Shown: positions 9,378-21,266, numbered from the stretch's first letter. The stretch: DNA of 64,000 nucleotides from Paramoeba atlantica (GCA_977017575.1 CDRNVI010000047.1:1-64000); one strand, 5' to 3'. Made by a program: numbers and translations. The notes: generated by a model from the sequence alone, not told the origin.

Positions 9378-11103
9378 CTGGTTCTAATCCCTTCTCTACA
9401 ACGTATTTCCGATGTTTTCTTTCTACGGCACTCTCTAACAGGGCTTTGCTGGTCTGTTTCTGGTAACTGCTGCATAGTGTGTGGACAACTGTGACATCAT
9501 ATAGAACTTCTCCAATATCTGGCCACATTATCGCCAGATCTGGGCCAGATCGTATACGACGAGCTCGGCATGGGTGCCTCTCTGCTGCTTCTGGTGATAT
9601 GGAGCACTTGCACTTTGTGCAGAAAAACGAGGAATACAGACGCGGTTCCACGGCACATGGTAGGCCTGCTTTCCCACACAGATTTGATAGGTATCTCACA
9701 ATATGTGAGTGCTTTCTTGTGCAATTCATTCCGGCACATTTCGAGCATCCGGCGACATGAGGAATTATACCAATCGGCGATTCACTGATCCCACAGCCTG
9801 GGCAAGAGATTGTACTTGAAGCATTAGGCAGTCCAATAGCTAATCTCATCTTGAGTGTTTGCTGAAATAAGTACGGGTTTACATAATTGTTTGTCGAGAG
9901 TAGATGATAATTCGCTTCTTTGGAACGTTTTATAACTCCACTGAAACGAGGATTCGATTTCAGCTCCGCTGCTAGCTTTTCGTGCTCAGTATTTGCCATT
10001 TTTTTCATTGCAGTACGTGCGCATTGTGATCCCGTTGTCCTCATACCTTTTCGTTGCTTCTCAAGTTTTTCTACCGGAGCTTCATGTGGTTTGAATTGCT
10101 CATCGATAGATTGACGAGAAGCGTCAAAGAGGTAACGATGTTTTAGGATTGTTGAGGTTATTCCCAGTCCTCCCATTTTGCATGGCAAAGAAGCGAGTGT
10201 TAGAGCATCTTCGTCAGCGTCACACCATTTCACTAAGACCTGCCGGATCTCCTTATCGAATTCCTGTGCTAGAAGAAGGGAAGCTCCCGGTTTGTGTACT
10301 CGCAAGTGATAATCATGACGTGGTAATGTACAGCGTTTGAGAATTGCTAGTGAGAGATTGCTTGGGCCCATGCGACTGAGTCTTCGAAACAAACAGTTGT
10401 GTTTTTCTAATTTTTCAAGGAGCATGCGTTCTACTGCTTTGTTACTCCCTATGTATCCTCCAAGTACTTTGATTGTGTCAACGCAGTCTTGAACCCCTAG
10501 TTCTCGGAGTGTCGAACCTTTGAAGTGCTGTGCCTTAGACCCTTGAAAAATTTCGCATTTCCGGAAGTTTATTTCCAAGTTCAAGTCGTTCGTAAGCTCT
10601 TTAAAGTGCTGAAACGCAACCTCGAGAGAAGCTTCATTTTTGGAGCTCATCGTGACGTCGTCCTGGTATGCTCTTATAGTAACTTCGGGGTATGCTTCTG
10701 CTACTTCCTTCAACGCTCCATGCAGCACAGTGCAGAAATAAACTGATGATAGCGCTGACCCTTGTCGAACTCCTGAAGAGCTTTGGATGACAGAATGTAG
10801 GGAGTTATTTGCAAAGAAGAGAAGTTCCGTTGGCTGACCATATTCCAAGTAAAACATTCGCATGAAGTGCTTGAAAATGGGATACTGTGTCAAAGCTTTT
10901 TCTATCGCTGTGCGGTGAGGTGTGTTATACGCATTTTTGAAATCGATGGTGAGGACAGTATTCCCTGCTTCGTATTCTGAAAGTAACTCATGGACAATTG
11001 ATTCGCAGGCATTTTTCTGTAGAATTCCGCGTTGGATTGGCTGAAAAAGCGACTTCAAAGCACTTTCATGACGCTGGAGAAGGATCGACCCACAAATTTT
11101 AAG
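9378..11103 (-). mobile_element. B-type RLE element B3, RT to endonuclease (ORF 9313..11058), 5'-truncated
   Basis: GVRQGSALSSVYFC, AYQDD, CPGC...HVAGC..C, RSGPDL...YDVTV motifs. Confidence 0.92.
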
Positions 11104-11114
11104 TACAAATTTTA

Positions 11115-12544
11115 AGTTTCTGTACCTTGTTGATTTCTTTTCTATATCGACTTTTTAATGTTCACCAGACAAGCGTACAGAACATGTTGCATTGATTGTT
11201 GTTGCTTTATTCTTACTTTCCCATGGGAGTGGTCACCCGCTCTAAGGCGAAGGAATCGGGAGTAGCTCCCGAAATTTTGCCTCTCCCCTCCACCCGGCGA
11301 AAGAAGAAAGCAACCGAGGTGCGACCTCCGCCGCCAACATCAGACAAATCCCCGCAACCTGAACCATCCTCCTCTGCACTACGCTCGCAACCATCGCCCG
11401 GCCTGCGGCCTTCATCGCCTTCACTGCATTGCGCGTCCACACCTTTTCGGTCGCAGGCGCAATCAGCAGTACTGCCATCGCTATCGTCCCCTCCGGCGAC
11501 GAAGTCCCCTCCAGCAGATTCCTCGTCGGCCGAAAACGCAATAGAGCTTAGGTTCCCCAGTCTACTCCCGCTGCCGACCGGAAACGATGATACAGAAAGA
11601 AATTTTCGCATGTCATTCAGTGAGTTGAAAAAGCAGTTGGACGCACGCGCAGACTCGGAATTGCGCAGACTCGTGCCAAGACTCGGAATTGCGCACCCAC
11701 AGTTACCCGAAAGTATTCTTTGCCCCGGATGCAAAGCTATACTCAATAGCAAGACTGCACTAACACACATACCGGGATGCGTACGCTGTCCGGGATTCAA
11801 CGCCACAGCAAAGCACAACGCCCTAGTTCAATTTGTGTACAAACTGTGTCAAAAAGCCGGTTTACCGAGCGAAAAGGAACCAAGAGCACTCAGCACCTGG
11901 AGTTGTTACACGTGTCATCGAACAGTCGACTTCGAAGCCAGAATACTTCATGAAAAAACTTGCACTGGCAGACGATATCATCGCTCAGGACCGGATATAG
12001 TAATATATTGGAACACTGGTGAAGTTTTTTATGATCCCACAGTTATCCACAATCTCGCACCATCCAATATTCACCGTACGTCCAAGCAACTATTTGCCGA
12101 TGCAATTCAACGCAAACGAGGCACATACGTGGCGACAGGTCTAATCCCAGAAGAAAACTTCATGCGCATTCCCGTACTAGCCTCTGGGTCTTTACATAGC
12201 AACACCAGACTACTGCTACATGCGATTGCCGACGCTACCCTTGCGGTGCGACAGGGCACGGAAATGGAATTCAAGTTGCTTGTTCAAGAACTGGCGGGTA
12301 CTCAGGTATACTCACAGTTACGTCAGCACCTGAGTCACACAAACAAAGAGTGCGAAAGTTTGTATTAAGTATCGCAGAAGGACCCAACTTTACAACTAGA
12401 ATATAACAAAGCTTGCATAGTCGCGTAAGCTTCAAACATAACACCCCCACTATTGGGGGGTAGCGCCATTAACAGGTTAGCTTATTTATTTATTTATCTA
12501 TTTATCTATTTATTTGTAAGTCCTGTTCTAGTTAAAAAAAAAAA
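11115..12544 (+). mobile_element. SL-led, RT-less internally deleted D-type element (ORF 11223..12368), poly(A) tail
   Basis: SL nt 22-39 at 11115..11132; MGVVTRSKAK N-terminus fused in frame to PRLG..CPGC..KHN..RSGPD; no RT; A-tail 12534-12544. Confidence 0.88.
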
Positions 12545-12716
12545 GTAAAGACCTTTCTATAAGTTTACGATAAGAAATTTAGGAGACTTTATTTACAAAA
12601 AAAAAAAAAAAAATATTTGGCAAAAAAAAAATTGGCGCAAAAAAATTGATTGTGTTGTTTTATGCAGGCTTGTTCCACTTTTTGTATTAAGACAAAAAAA
12701 AAAAAAAAAAAAAAAA

Positions 12717-15515
12717 CGCAGAGGAAGAAAAGAAAACAAAAGAGAAAGCAGCTGAAACGTCACGTAGGCAGTGCGAAGACTCAGTGGCCACGGCAATCCC
12801 CTCACGCAAACCTCGCATAAAAGTGATCATTGGAAAACAGCGACAAGAAAATCACACAACGATAAGATCAAGTAATGAAGTTCCCCACTCTGAACCATCT
12901 TCGCGTCTTCAAACACTCGGTAAGGTTGCTGGAGTGGTCGGAAAGACTGTGTGGAATGGGCTGCTGACACTGCACGGTGTTCCTACAGCCGAGGAGCGTG
13001 TGACAAGGGAACGCCAAATTGCAGAAACCGCTCGAGGAAAAGAAAGAAGAACGATATCAAAGTTAGATTGCCTCCAGATCACTACGATAAATACAGAATC
13101 TTCAGCGGAACAAACGGTAGGGATGCAAGACGGCAATACCGAGTCTCAGGCAAGCGTCGTTTGGCCAGGCACTACGACGACTGAGTCGATCACTGCGACG
13201 AAAGATGAAACTTCAGCCGAACAGCCGACGCAGGACGCAGATGTCGAATGTCAGACATACGCCGGCTGTTTAACTCCTGAGGACACCCCATTGAGCACGG
13301 GAAGGGTTGACGGGTCTACGACACTGCACGCGGTAGTTGACGAAAATAATATCACGATGCCGAACTTTGAACTTCCTGCTGAAACAGAGTCTGTCATAGA
13401 AGTTGCCAAGGAGGCCGAGATGATAGAGAAGTTGAATAAGTCGATAAACCCAACGGAGCAGTTTCCACTGGCACCGGATACCATCTGGGATTCATCAAAA
13501 ACGGCGAAACAAGGGGACTCGTGCTTGATGGCATGGTGCTTCAGCGATTCCTCGCAGCTGAATGTATCGAAAGGGGTGGTTAAGTCGGTTAAGAAGCGTT
13601 CCGGAATCGGACGGATGTCTCTCCAGTACGAAGGTATAGAAGGGTACAAATGCGGCGAGCAATTTCGTGGGTTCATTCCTCCAAACTCTAATGTGAGAGT
13701 TTATTCAATACAATGGCTAAATATAAAGGATTCAAAAAGCAGCATTGATGTGGACGCTAAAGGAATTCCCAGTAATCAAGGATTTTCTCATACGGAAGCA
13801 GACTTGGATTTCGATCCAATGCCAACCATGCGGACTGTCAGTGCAGAGTTTGTGCCCTGTGTTGTCTCTATCTATCGTGACATAATGCGGTATTACGCAG
13901 ATTCTTCTTACGACCAACGAAATCAAATCTGGCACAGAACCATGTCGGCAATGAAACATTCGTTAGCTACAGTGCGCCATCTCATTGGAAAAAAGCGTCG
14001 TCGCCGCCCAATTCAAAATCAGGAGACGAACGCAGGAAACAGTGAATTGGAACAAAAGGCTAAAGATCTGAGAGCAGTCAAAAAAGCGACACGACTTGTT
14101 TTGGAAGGAGCGATTAAGAAAGCGACGCGCGTGTTAGATCAAGACATCACCGAAACATCATTAGGGGATGAAGAAAAATTGTCTCAATTACAAAAACTAC
14201 ACCCATCTTTACCGATTTCTTTTGAGCTTCCCACCGACGCCACGAAGGTAGCATGTATCCCGCCCCATGAACTCCGAGAAGCAGGAAAGAGACTCGCAAA
14301 AGGCGCCGCCCCAGGTCCATCCGGTACCACAGAGGCCATCATTCGTCTGCTCTTGGACGATGAGATCTGTTGCACGAGTCTAAGCCACATGATGTGCGAT
14401 TTAATTAACGGACTGCTGTCCAAGGATGTAATGCGCAGACTGCGGAGAGCACGCTTAGTTGCACTCCCTAAAACAGCTCAAGCCGTTCGACCGGTGGCAA
14501 TGGGAGAAATTTTTCTCAAGTTGGCTGGACTAATCCTTCTTCTGCGTAACGAACATAAATTTGAAAAGCTTTTCCTGCCGATGCAGCATGGGGTGATGAG
14601 TCGCGCTGGCTGCGAGACTATTGTTCACGAACTCAATCGACGATATATGGAAGGGTGTGCTATCCTCTCGTTGGATATGAAGAACGCTTTTAATAGCCCT
14701 TCACGCGGCGAGATTGCAAAAGCACTTTTTGCTTTGAGCGCCCTTCGGCCTTTTCAGCGACTATTTGTTGCCGAATATGGGACAGCGTCTGAACTCCTCT
14801 TTTACGGAAAGAACGGGGAACTGTTTTCAACAGTTGAAAGTTCGGCTGGAGTTCGCCAAGGGTCGCCGTTGTCGACTCTATACTTCTGCTCCTTTCTTCA
14901 GCCAATACTGGAGACAATTGCACAAGAATTTCCCATGCTACATATATACGCTTATGTTGATGATATCAATATTGCGTCAACTGAGGAAGATCTTGTTGCA
15001 GCTGCCTATGTTCGCCTCAAAGAACTTCTTCTAAGCAAAAAAATCTGCCTTGCCCCTCAAAAGTGTGTATGGTTTAGCGGTCTGAACAATATTCGCCTAC
15101 CCGAAAGTCTAGCGAATGAAGGCGTTCAGATAGCGGAGAAGGCAGTCAAAACATTAGGAGCCTACGTAGGGGAAGCAACCCGAGTCAGTGAGCTGCTTCT
15201 TGCCAAGCTTGAAAAGCATCTAACCATTTTTCGGCGGCTTTGTGACATGGGAGCAAACAACGTTTCGCTTCTCCTCCTGTCGCGATGTGTTAATGTACGA
15301 CATCGATACCATATAAGGGTGCATCGACCGGGAGAAACTTTTGAAATGGCAAAATCTTTTGACAAGCAAGTGCAAGAAGTTCTTACTGCATGGTTTGGAT
15401 CGATGACACCAAAGCAAATTGCTTGGGCGCGTCTACCTGTGAAGAGCGGAGGATTGGGGTTAACGCCCACTGATCTCTTGCGAAAATCGGCGTATGAAGC
15501 ATCAAGGCACAGTGC
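12717..15515 (+). mobile_element. D-related RLE element, RT-containing, 3'-truncated (ORF 12784..15555 runs into next element's SL)
   Basis: GAAPGPSG, RPVAMGE, DMKNAFNS, GVRQGSPLSTLYFC, AYVDD; ends at EASRHSA. Confidence 0.9.
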
Positions 15516-15554
15516 AATCTTTAACGATAAAGATACAGTTTCTGTACCTTGTTG
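15516..15554 (+). other. Spliced-leader-like 39-nt exon (also 55663..55701; partial 11115..11132, 28764..28779, 40520..40551, 45465..45500)
   Basis: 39 nt, starts AA, contains the CAGTTTCTGTAC core of kinetoplastid/diplonemid SLs, ends TTG; identical at two unrelated sites. Confidence 0.85.
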
Positions 15555-15589
15555 AATTATTTTCTTTTTCTTTGTCTACTCTCTTTTTG

Positions 15590-18500
15590 ATGGTAATGAA
15601 CGAGACACACCCAGACAACCATCCTGAGGACACACCTTTCGACCCTGGAATCATGGATTCTAATCAGAATTCTGTCCACGAAGAAAAATCCCATGAATTG
15701 GGTAGTTGGGACCAGTTTAAGGGCAACGAACATCTTATCCGAAGCGCAAGCACCTATGACGAGAGTTTGTACACTACTGCCATCCCGCAGAATATCCCGC
15801 ACGATTGGATGCGCCGTGCGCACGCTTTAGAAAAGGATATTGAAACGCCCGACATGGGTCACGTACATGACCGAACTGAAGAGGAGATCCATTGTAGTGT
15901 CCAGCGTGATATCGATAAGTCTAATAATGTTGATTTCGAAGGAGCTGATTCGATTTCACACAGCCAACTAAGCACATTTAGCAAGGCTGCGAAGATGACC
16001 GATGAGTGCTCTAATGTCAATTCTGACGGAACCGATTCGACTTCACTCAGCCAATTAAGCACATCTAGCAAGGCTGTGAAGACCACTGATGAGGGTCCTA
16101 ATGTCAACTTCGAGGGAACTGATGCGACTTCACCCAGCCAATTGAGAAAATCTAATAAAGCTGTGAAGGCGAGATTTTTACGACACCTTCGAAACTCAGA
16201 ACACTCTAAGAACTGTTACGAATCCGAAAGCAGTACGGCCACGTTTCCAGACCTCACTCCGACGGACCTCGTTTCTCATTTCTCCGTTTCTAGCAGTCTA
16301 AAGAGGCGCAAGAACAAGAAGTGCTCTAAAAGAAATATTACCTCACAGACATCTTTGAACCAATCAGGCTCCGAAAGCACAGTAGCGACAGAGTCGGGTA
16401 GCGACGGAGTCTCCGTTGAACCGGTATCATCACAAGACAGCTGCGTCACATCGGAAGTAAAGCTTAAGCGGAACCGAGCCACTTTCAAATCCGAGCCTGT
16501 TAAATCACCTAACCTCACGCGGAAGACAAAAACATCGTATAACGCTAGAAAGTGTCCAGTGGAATCATGTTTGTGGCAAACCGGTCCTCATGGAAATCAA
16601 TGGCAGGCGTATTATAATCACGTCTCAAACAGGCACGGGGCGGAAGTAACGGACACGTGGTGGGCAGAGGAAGGAAGATTTCGATGTGCATACTGCAAAA
16701 AACATTACCACTTAGGCAAAAAGGAGTCCCATACGCGACATTGCAAATTTCGCACACACTCATCCGATAACCCTCAGGATCCTTCCCGTGAGGTGAACGA
16801 CTCCCCGAACCCTACCACAAACGCCGCTGTGATGCCTCAACGCCCCCCCGGTACAAACCCTAATGATCAGCCCGATCAGATGGAGGATGTTGACAACTTG
16901 CTGCCGACCTTATCTTCTGTGTGCACACTGCCGGTAATTACGAGCAAGGATATCCCTTATTGCTGCAGGGCTGAATGGGCACGAGTACTCACTTCCTGCT
17001 TGACGGCAGCCACGCTAGATAATACACTCGAGGCGTGGACTCTCCTTGCGATGCTTCCGAAATGTGTCCTTCCGGCCCCCCGCCGTGGAGGCAGTAAGAA
17101 CAAAACCTCTTATGCGTCCTACGTCCGAAAATGTCTTTCCAGATGGAACCAAAAGGAGTACATACCCCTCTGGAGTGAAGCAATCGCCAGTCTACAGCGC
17201 AAACGCAAATCCCCGGCGCAAGCAACCAGCGTAGAAGAAAATGACGACAAGGCAGCTCTACGAGCGGCTAGGCTTGCCCGAGATGGAGAGCTATCGCGTG
17301 CCATGACAGCACTGACCTCGGAGCCACTCGCTCCCCATGACGATGCCACCTACAATAAACTCATAAACAAGCACCCTCCACGACTCTCTGGCGAAGACCC
17401 AGGCGAACAACTTCCTTCATCGTCCGTAACCCCTCTCAAGATCACACAGGAAAATGTAACCGAGGCACTCTCAAGTTTCCACAGAGGATCCTCCGGAGGG
17501 GCGTTCGGCCTTCGGCCAGAACATGTGCAGATAGCCATGGCATATCACAACGATGAGCGCATAGATCCATTGGGAACGCTCACCAAGTTCGTTAACCATC
17601 TTCTTTCCGGAGGCGCGATGGACGAGGTCCAGCCGCACTTCGCTGGCGGACGCTTATGTGCACTTCATAAGGGAGCACACGATGTTCGGCCCATCGCCGC
17701 AGGAGAAACCCTCCGGCGCCTCGCAAGCAAGGTTGCGTGCTTTTCTGTCAAACCAAAGGCCTGTCGGCTCTTCAGAGGACATCAGTACGGGGTTGCAATA
17801 CCCGCTGGAGCCGAGAGGGTAATACATTTATGCAGATTGACCATGGCGGAACACGTTGATGACGAGGACTTTGTCTTATGTAAAGTTGATCTCCGAAATG
17901 CGTTCAACCACGTATCACGCAACAGCTTTATTTCGCTCACCCGTCAATATTTTCCTGAGCTTAGTCCCTATGTCGAATGGTGTTACTCTTCAGACAGCCG
18001 CCTAACCTTCGGAGATCGAACGGTCACCTCTTCTGAAGGAGTTCAGCAGGGAGACCCACTAGGCCCTCTTTTATTTTCTCTCGTCGCGAAGGAACTATTT
18101 ACGGAAATCAAGAAGGCAGCCCCAAGGCTTGACTTAAACATGTGGTTCTTGGACGATGGGGTTCTGTCAGGCAAATCTTCAGACGTCAGGCATGCACTTG
18201 ACGTCATTGCAGTCGAAGGTCCCAAGTGGGGCTTACATCTCAATGTTGCTAAATGTGAACTCATTACGAATCCAGCTGCCTCTGACCGATTTGCTCTTTT
18301 TCCGGACATTCCTGGTTTGAACAAAAACACAGACGGCAATCTTGACATCTTGGGAAGCCCTATTGGATCTACAAGCTTTTGTCACCGATACCTATTGGAA
18401 AATCCAATCAGTCTCGCTGAGGACTCACTAACGGCAATACAAAAGTTGGATGACCCTCAAGTGGCCCTATCGCTCATTCGTCATTGCACAGGATTTTGCA

Positions 18501-19834
18501 AAATGGTGTATGCTCTACGCACGACACCTACCGCGGAGCTACAAGACCTTTGCGAACGCCTGGACCGAGCAGTCCAAAACACGACGGAGCGCTTTATCGG
18601 TCCTTTGGGTGAATCGGCTCGACGACAGGCACAACGAGACAAACGACACGGAGGATTAGGGTTGAGGTCCGCTGCAACACACGCCACATCAGCATACGTA
18701 TCTTCTGTAGCCTTTGCGTCTGCAAATGACCGTTGGGACCCCACGCAAGCTGAGAGTTTTGAATTCGCAGTACTGGACGTCAATAGGCGCGCGGGCTATA
18801 ACTTCGTTTCGAATACAGGGAGAATTCCAAAACCTTCGTCTTCCCCACCTGAACAGTTGAACCCAGAAACAGCAAACTCCGACGATATCATCCCGGACGA
18901 AAGAATCCTAGAAGTTTTGCACCCCGACGACGCAGACCCTGAAGCCTCTCGCCCCGTACTAGTAATCCCGCGACAACGAGAATTAAGCCAGGTGATTTCA
19001 GCATCCCAATACTTGGCAGACTATAAAAACGCAGATGACAAAACCAGAGCCCGATGGGTATCCCAAACGGGAGAAGGGGCATCGGAGTGGGCCTTTGTGA
19101 TTCCATCGAAGACCAGTGGTTTCGCTTTCACTTCCGCCGAGTTTCGCACTCTGACGCGATGGTGGCTAGGGGAAAAAATTTACCCCAAGGCAAGACCCTG
19201 CCCTATGGACAAATGTGGGCTCCCGCTAGGCCCTGAGGGGGACCATGCACTTTCCTGCAAGAGTGGGCATGGTATCATCGCTCGCCACAACGCTCTTGCC
19301 AGACAGTTTGCCCGAGACTGCACAAATGCCGGGCTTACAACGAAGCGGGAAGTAAGCCTGCATAACACGGGCCCTGGCGGCGGTCTGACGCGACCGGCGG
19401 ACGTATTTATCTCAAGTTTTCGAGCGGGCCAGGGCCTTGTAATGGATTTCGCTGTCACACACGTCCAGCAAACAAAATATACGGATCTAGTCCGTGATGC
19501 TAGCGTGGTTTCAGCTGGATCCTTTGCGGAAAGATACGCAACGGAACACAAGCAGAAACAACGGGAAGAAGCCGCCGCAGCCAAACTCCGATTTGCGGCC
19601 ATGGCCGTAGAATCATACGGCTCATGGTGCCCCAGCGCTATGGCGGTGATCCGTGACGTGGCAATTGAGCACTCAATGCACTCCGGTAACCTATCCAAAA
19701 AAGAAGCCTTACATCGACTTCTTGCTGGCTTGAACGTCACTTTAATGCGGTCGCAGGCACGTATGATGGTGCTACGATCCCCACCGACACCTGACCCAGC
19801 CCTGATAGGCTATGGCGATATGGAAGTGGTGTAG
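15590..19834 (+). CDS. LsmAD-like + C2H2/C2HC fingers + RT + CCHC + RLE polyprotein
   Basis: WDQF..YDESLYTT; CPVESC..HVSNRH; RPIAAGETLRRL, DLRNAFN, GVQQGDPLGP, FLDDG; CPMDKC..HALSC, RHN, RPADV..MDFAV. Confidence 0.93.
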   Translation: MVMNETHPDNHPEDTPFDPGIMDSNQNSVHEEKSHELGSWDQFKGNEHLIRSASTYDESLYTTAIPQNIPHDWMRRAHALEKDIETPDMGHVHDRTEEEIHCSVQRDIDKSNNVDFEGADSISHSQLSTFSKAAKMTDECSNVNSDGTDSTSLSQLSTSSKAVKTTDEGPNVNFEGTDATSPSQLRKSNKAVKARFLRHLRNSEHSKNCYESESSTATFPDLTPTDLVSHFSVSSSLKRRKNKKCSKRNITSQTSLNQSGSESTVATESGSDGVSVEPVSSQDSCVTSEVKLKRNRATFKSEPVKSPNLTRKTKTSYNARKCPVESCLWQTGPHGNQWQAYYNHVSNRHGAEVTDTWWAEEGRFRCAYCKKHYHLGKKESHTRHCKFRTHSSDNPQDPSREVNDSPNPTTNAAVMPQRPPGTNPNDQPDQMEDVDNLLPTLSSVCTLPVITSKDIPYCCRAEWARVLTSCLTAATLDNTLEAWTLLAMLPKCVLPAPRRGGSKNKTSYASYVRKCLSRWNQKEYIPLWSEAIASLQRKRKSPAQATSVEENDDKAALRAARLARDGELSRAMTALTSEPLAPHDDATYNKLINKHPPRLSGEDPGEQLPSSSVTPLKITQENVTEALSSFHRGSSGGAFGLRPEHVQIAMAYHNDERIDPLGTLTKFVNHLLSGGAMDEVQPHFAGGRLCALHKGAHDVRPIAAGETLRRLASKVACFSVKPKACRLFRGHQYGVAIPAGAERVIHLCRLTMAEHVDDEDFVLCKVDLRNAFNHVSRNSFISLTRQYFPELSPYVEWCYSSDSRLTFGDRTVTSSEGVQQGDPLGPLLFSLVAKELFTEIKKAAPRLDLNMWFLDDGVLSGKSSDVRHALDVIAVEGPKWGLHLNVAKCELITNPAASDRFALFPDIPGLNKNTDGNLDILGSPIGSTSFCHRYLLENPISLAEDSLTAIQKLDDPQVALSLIRHCTGFCKMVYALRTTPTAELQDLCERLDRAVQNTTERFIGPLGESARRQAQRDKRHGGLGLRSAATHATSAYVSSVAFASANDRWDPTQAESFEFAVLDVNRRAGYNFVSNTGRIPKPSSSPPEQLNPETANSDDIIPDERILEVLHPDDADPEASRPVLVIPRQRELSQVISASQYLADYKNADDKTRARWVSQTGEGASEWAFVIPSKTSGFAFTSAEFRTLTRWWLGEKIYPKARPCPMDKCGLPLGPEGDHALSCKSGHGIIARHNALARQFARDCTNAGLTTKREVSLHNTGPGGGLTRPADVFISSFRAGQGLVMDFAVTHVQQTKYTDLVRDASVVSAGSFAERYATEHKQKQREEAAAAKLRFAAMAVESYGSWCPSAMAVIRDVAIEHSMHSGNLSKKEALHRLLAGLNVTLMRSQARMMVLRSPPTPDPALIGYGDMEVV

Positions 19835-21120
19835 TTCCATCCTCTTTTGCATCCTCTGGTCCGGATGTTGGTCGTGTCGACAGAGTCTATGCTCACGCCT
19901 AGTCCGTCAGGGCTAGGTACCCCAAGTGAGGTAGCACACGGGTAGTGAATCTCCTCCCCGTCGGCCAGCATCCTGTTTCGCGACCGTGTCGCTGTCGACA
20001 CAGGCCCGCGCCTGCGCCCTCCCGTATAGCAAGGGACGGGTTCACAAGTCAGGCCGTGGAGAGGTCGAAAGACCCGGTCCGGAACGCGCGAATGGATTGG
20101 GAATGGATTGCTTGTTTTTATTGTTATTGTTTTTATTGTTCTTATACTTACGGGAGATCGAATTGCTAGTTTTGGGCTCCAAAATATGAAATTGCTAATT
20201 TGATTGCTTGTTTTAAAATCATATACCCCCCCCCCCAATGGACCTACTTGGTTCGTCTAATGGGTCAAAATATAGAGGCAATGCCGCGATTCATACTTCT
20301 CCCCCCCTATTAATTGCAAAAAAAAAAAAAAAAAAAAAAACCTGGTCCTAGGGTTTGGAGGTTGTCCCTATAAAAAAAAAAATAAATAAAATGAAATCCA
20401 GTTCATGCTTTCACGTACATTAACAAAGAATATGAAAAGATATATTAAGAAGAAATATAACTGGAAATGGAACCATTGATTGTAAAACAGAACACGTAGG
20501 GAGGACTTTGAAACTTCGACGCCACAGAACATGGAAGCGAAACAAATGGACATCTGTTCCACTCGAATTGACAAATCCGGAGAAGCACAGGAGCCTCACT
20601 ACAAGAGTGCACAGGAATCCTTTGTGAAGCCGAAGAAAACACCAAGAATTCGGGTTGTCATGCAGAGCTCTGGCAGACCGCTGTCATCAAATTGGGCAGA
20701 TCATGAAATGCATGATTTCGAATCGCGACATATCCCATCTAGCCATCGATCGGCTCGGAATCATGAGAAAAGCTGTGAAGTCGATTCCTCGGAAAGCTGC
20801 GATTCACCGAGTGAAGTTTCTGAGGAAGGACACGACTCGGATACTATGTCGTTGGATGGTGAAAAAGAAGGCATCAATTGCATTGGTTTCTCCAAGGCCC
20901 CAGATCAGGTACACAACATAATAAACGAGTGGGGCAAAGACACAACCGGTGCGATTCAATGGAGCTTTCGAAGAATCAATGAGAAATATAGTTCCGTTGG
21001 AGAAGTCGTTAAGAGGACGGTCCGGAAAGGCATCGTGAAACTCAAAATAGCTTACAAACCTTGCGTCGGACATGAGGGGCCCTCAGGCTTTCTTTTTCTT
21101 CCCCAATCAGAATAAAAAAA

Positions 21121-21266
21121 ATAAATAAAATGAAATCCAGTTCGTGCTTTCACGTACATTAACAAAGAATATGAAAAGATATATTAAGAAGAAATATAAC
21201 TGGAAATAGAACATAACTTTCTCAGGGGAGGCGACATCCTTGTACAAAAAAAAAAAAAAAAAAAAA
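21121..21266 (+). repeat. Short AT-rich poly(A)-tailed repeat G (copies about 22340..22486, partial 20382..20468, inverted partial 50498..50583)
   Basis: Near-identical 125-bp core ATAAATAAAATGAAATCCAG...CATCCTTGTAC followed by an A-run. Confidence 0.8.

Larger units (their letters stand above)
15516..20340 (+). mobile_element. Full-length CRE-like RLE retrotransposon A1 (SL, ORF, structured 3'UTR, poly(A))
   Basis: Full 39-nt SL 15516..15554; intact ORF; A-tail 20318-20340; about 99% like 45465..50217 by eye. Confidence 0.93.

Noticed and set aside
12721-12730. Single GAGGAAGAAA unit matching the terminal repeat
   Set aside because: One unit in purine-rich context is expected by chance
15557-19740. 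Numerous short antisense or alternate-frame ORFs within elements
   Set aside because: Shadows of the long ORFs; they recur only because the elements are duplicated
20030-20100. HDV-like (GCGAATGG) or group II domain V resemblance in the A/C 3'UTR
   Set aside because: Could not fit HDV P1/P3/P1.1 topology; family C substitutions support a different stem than domain V
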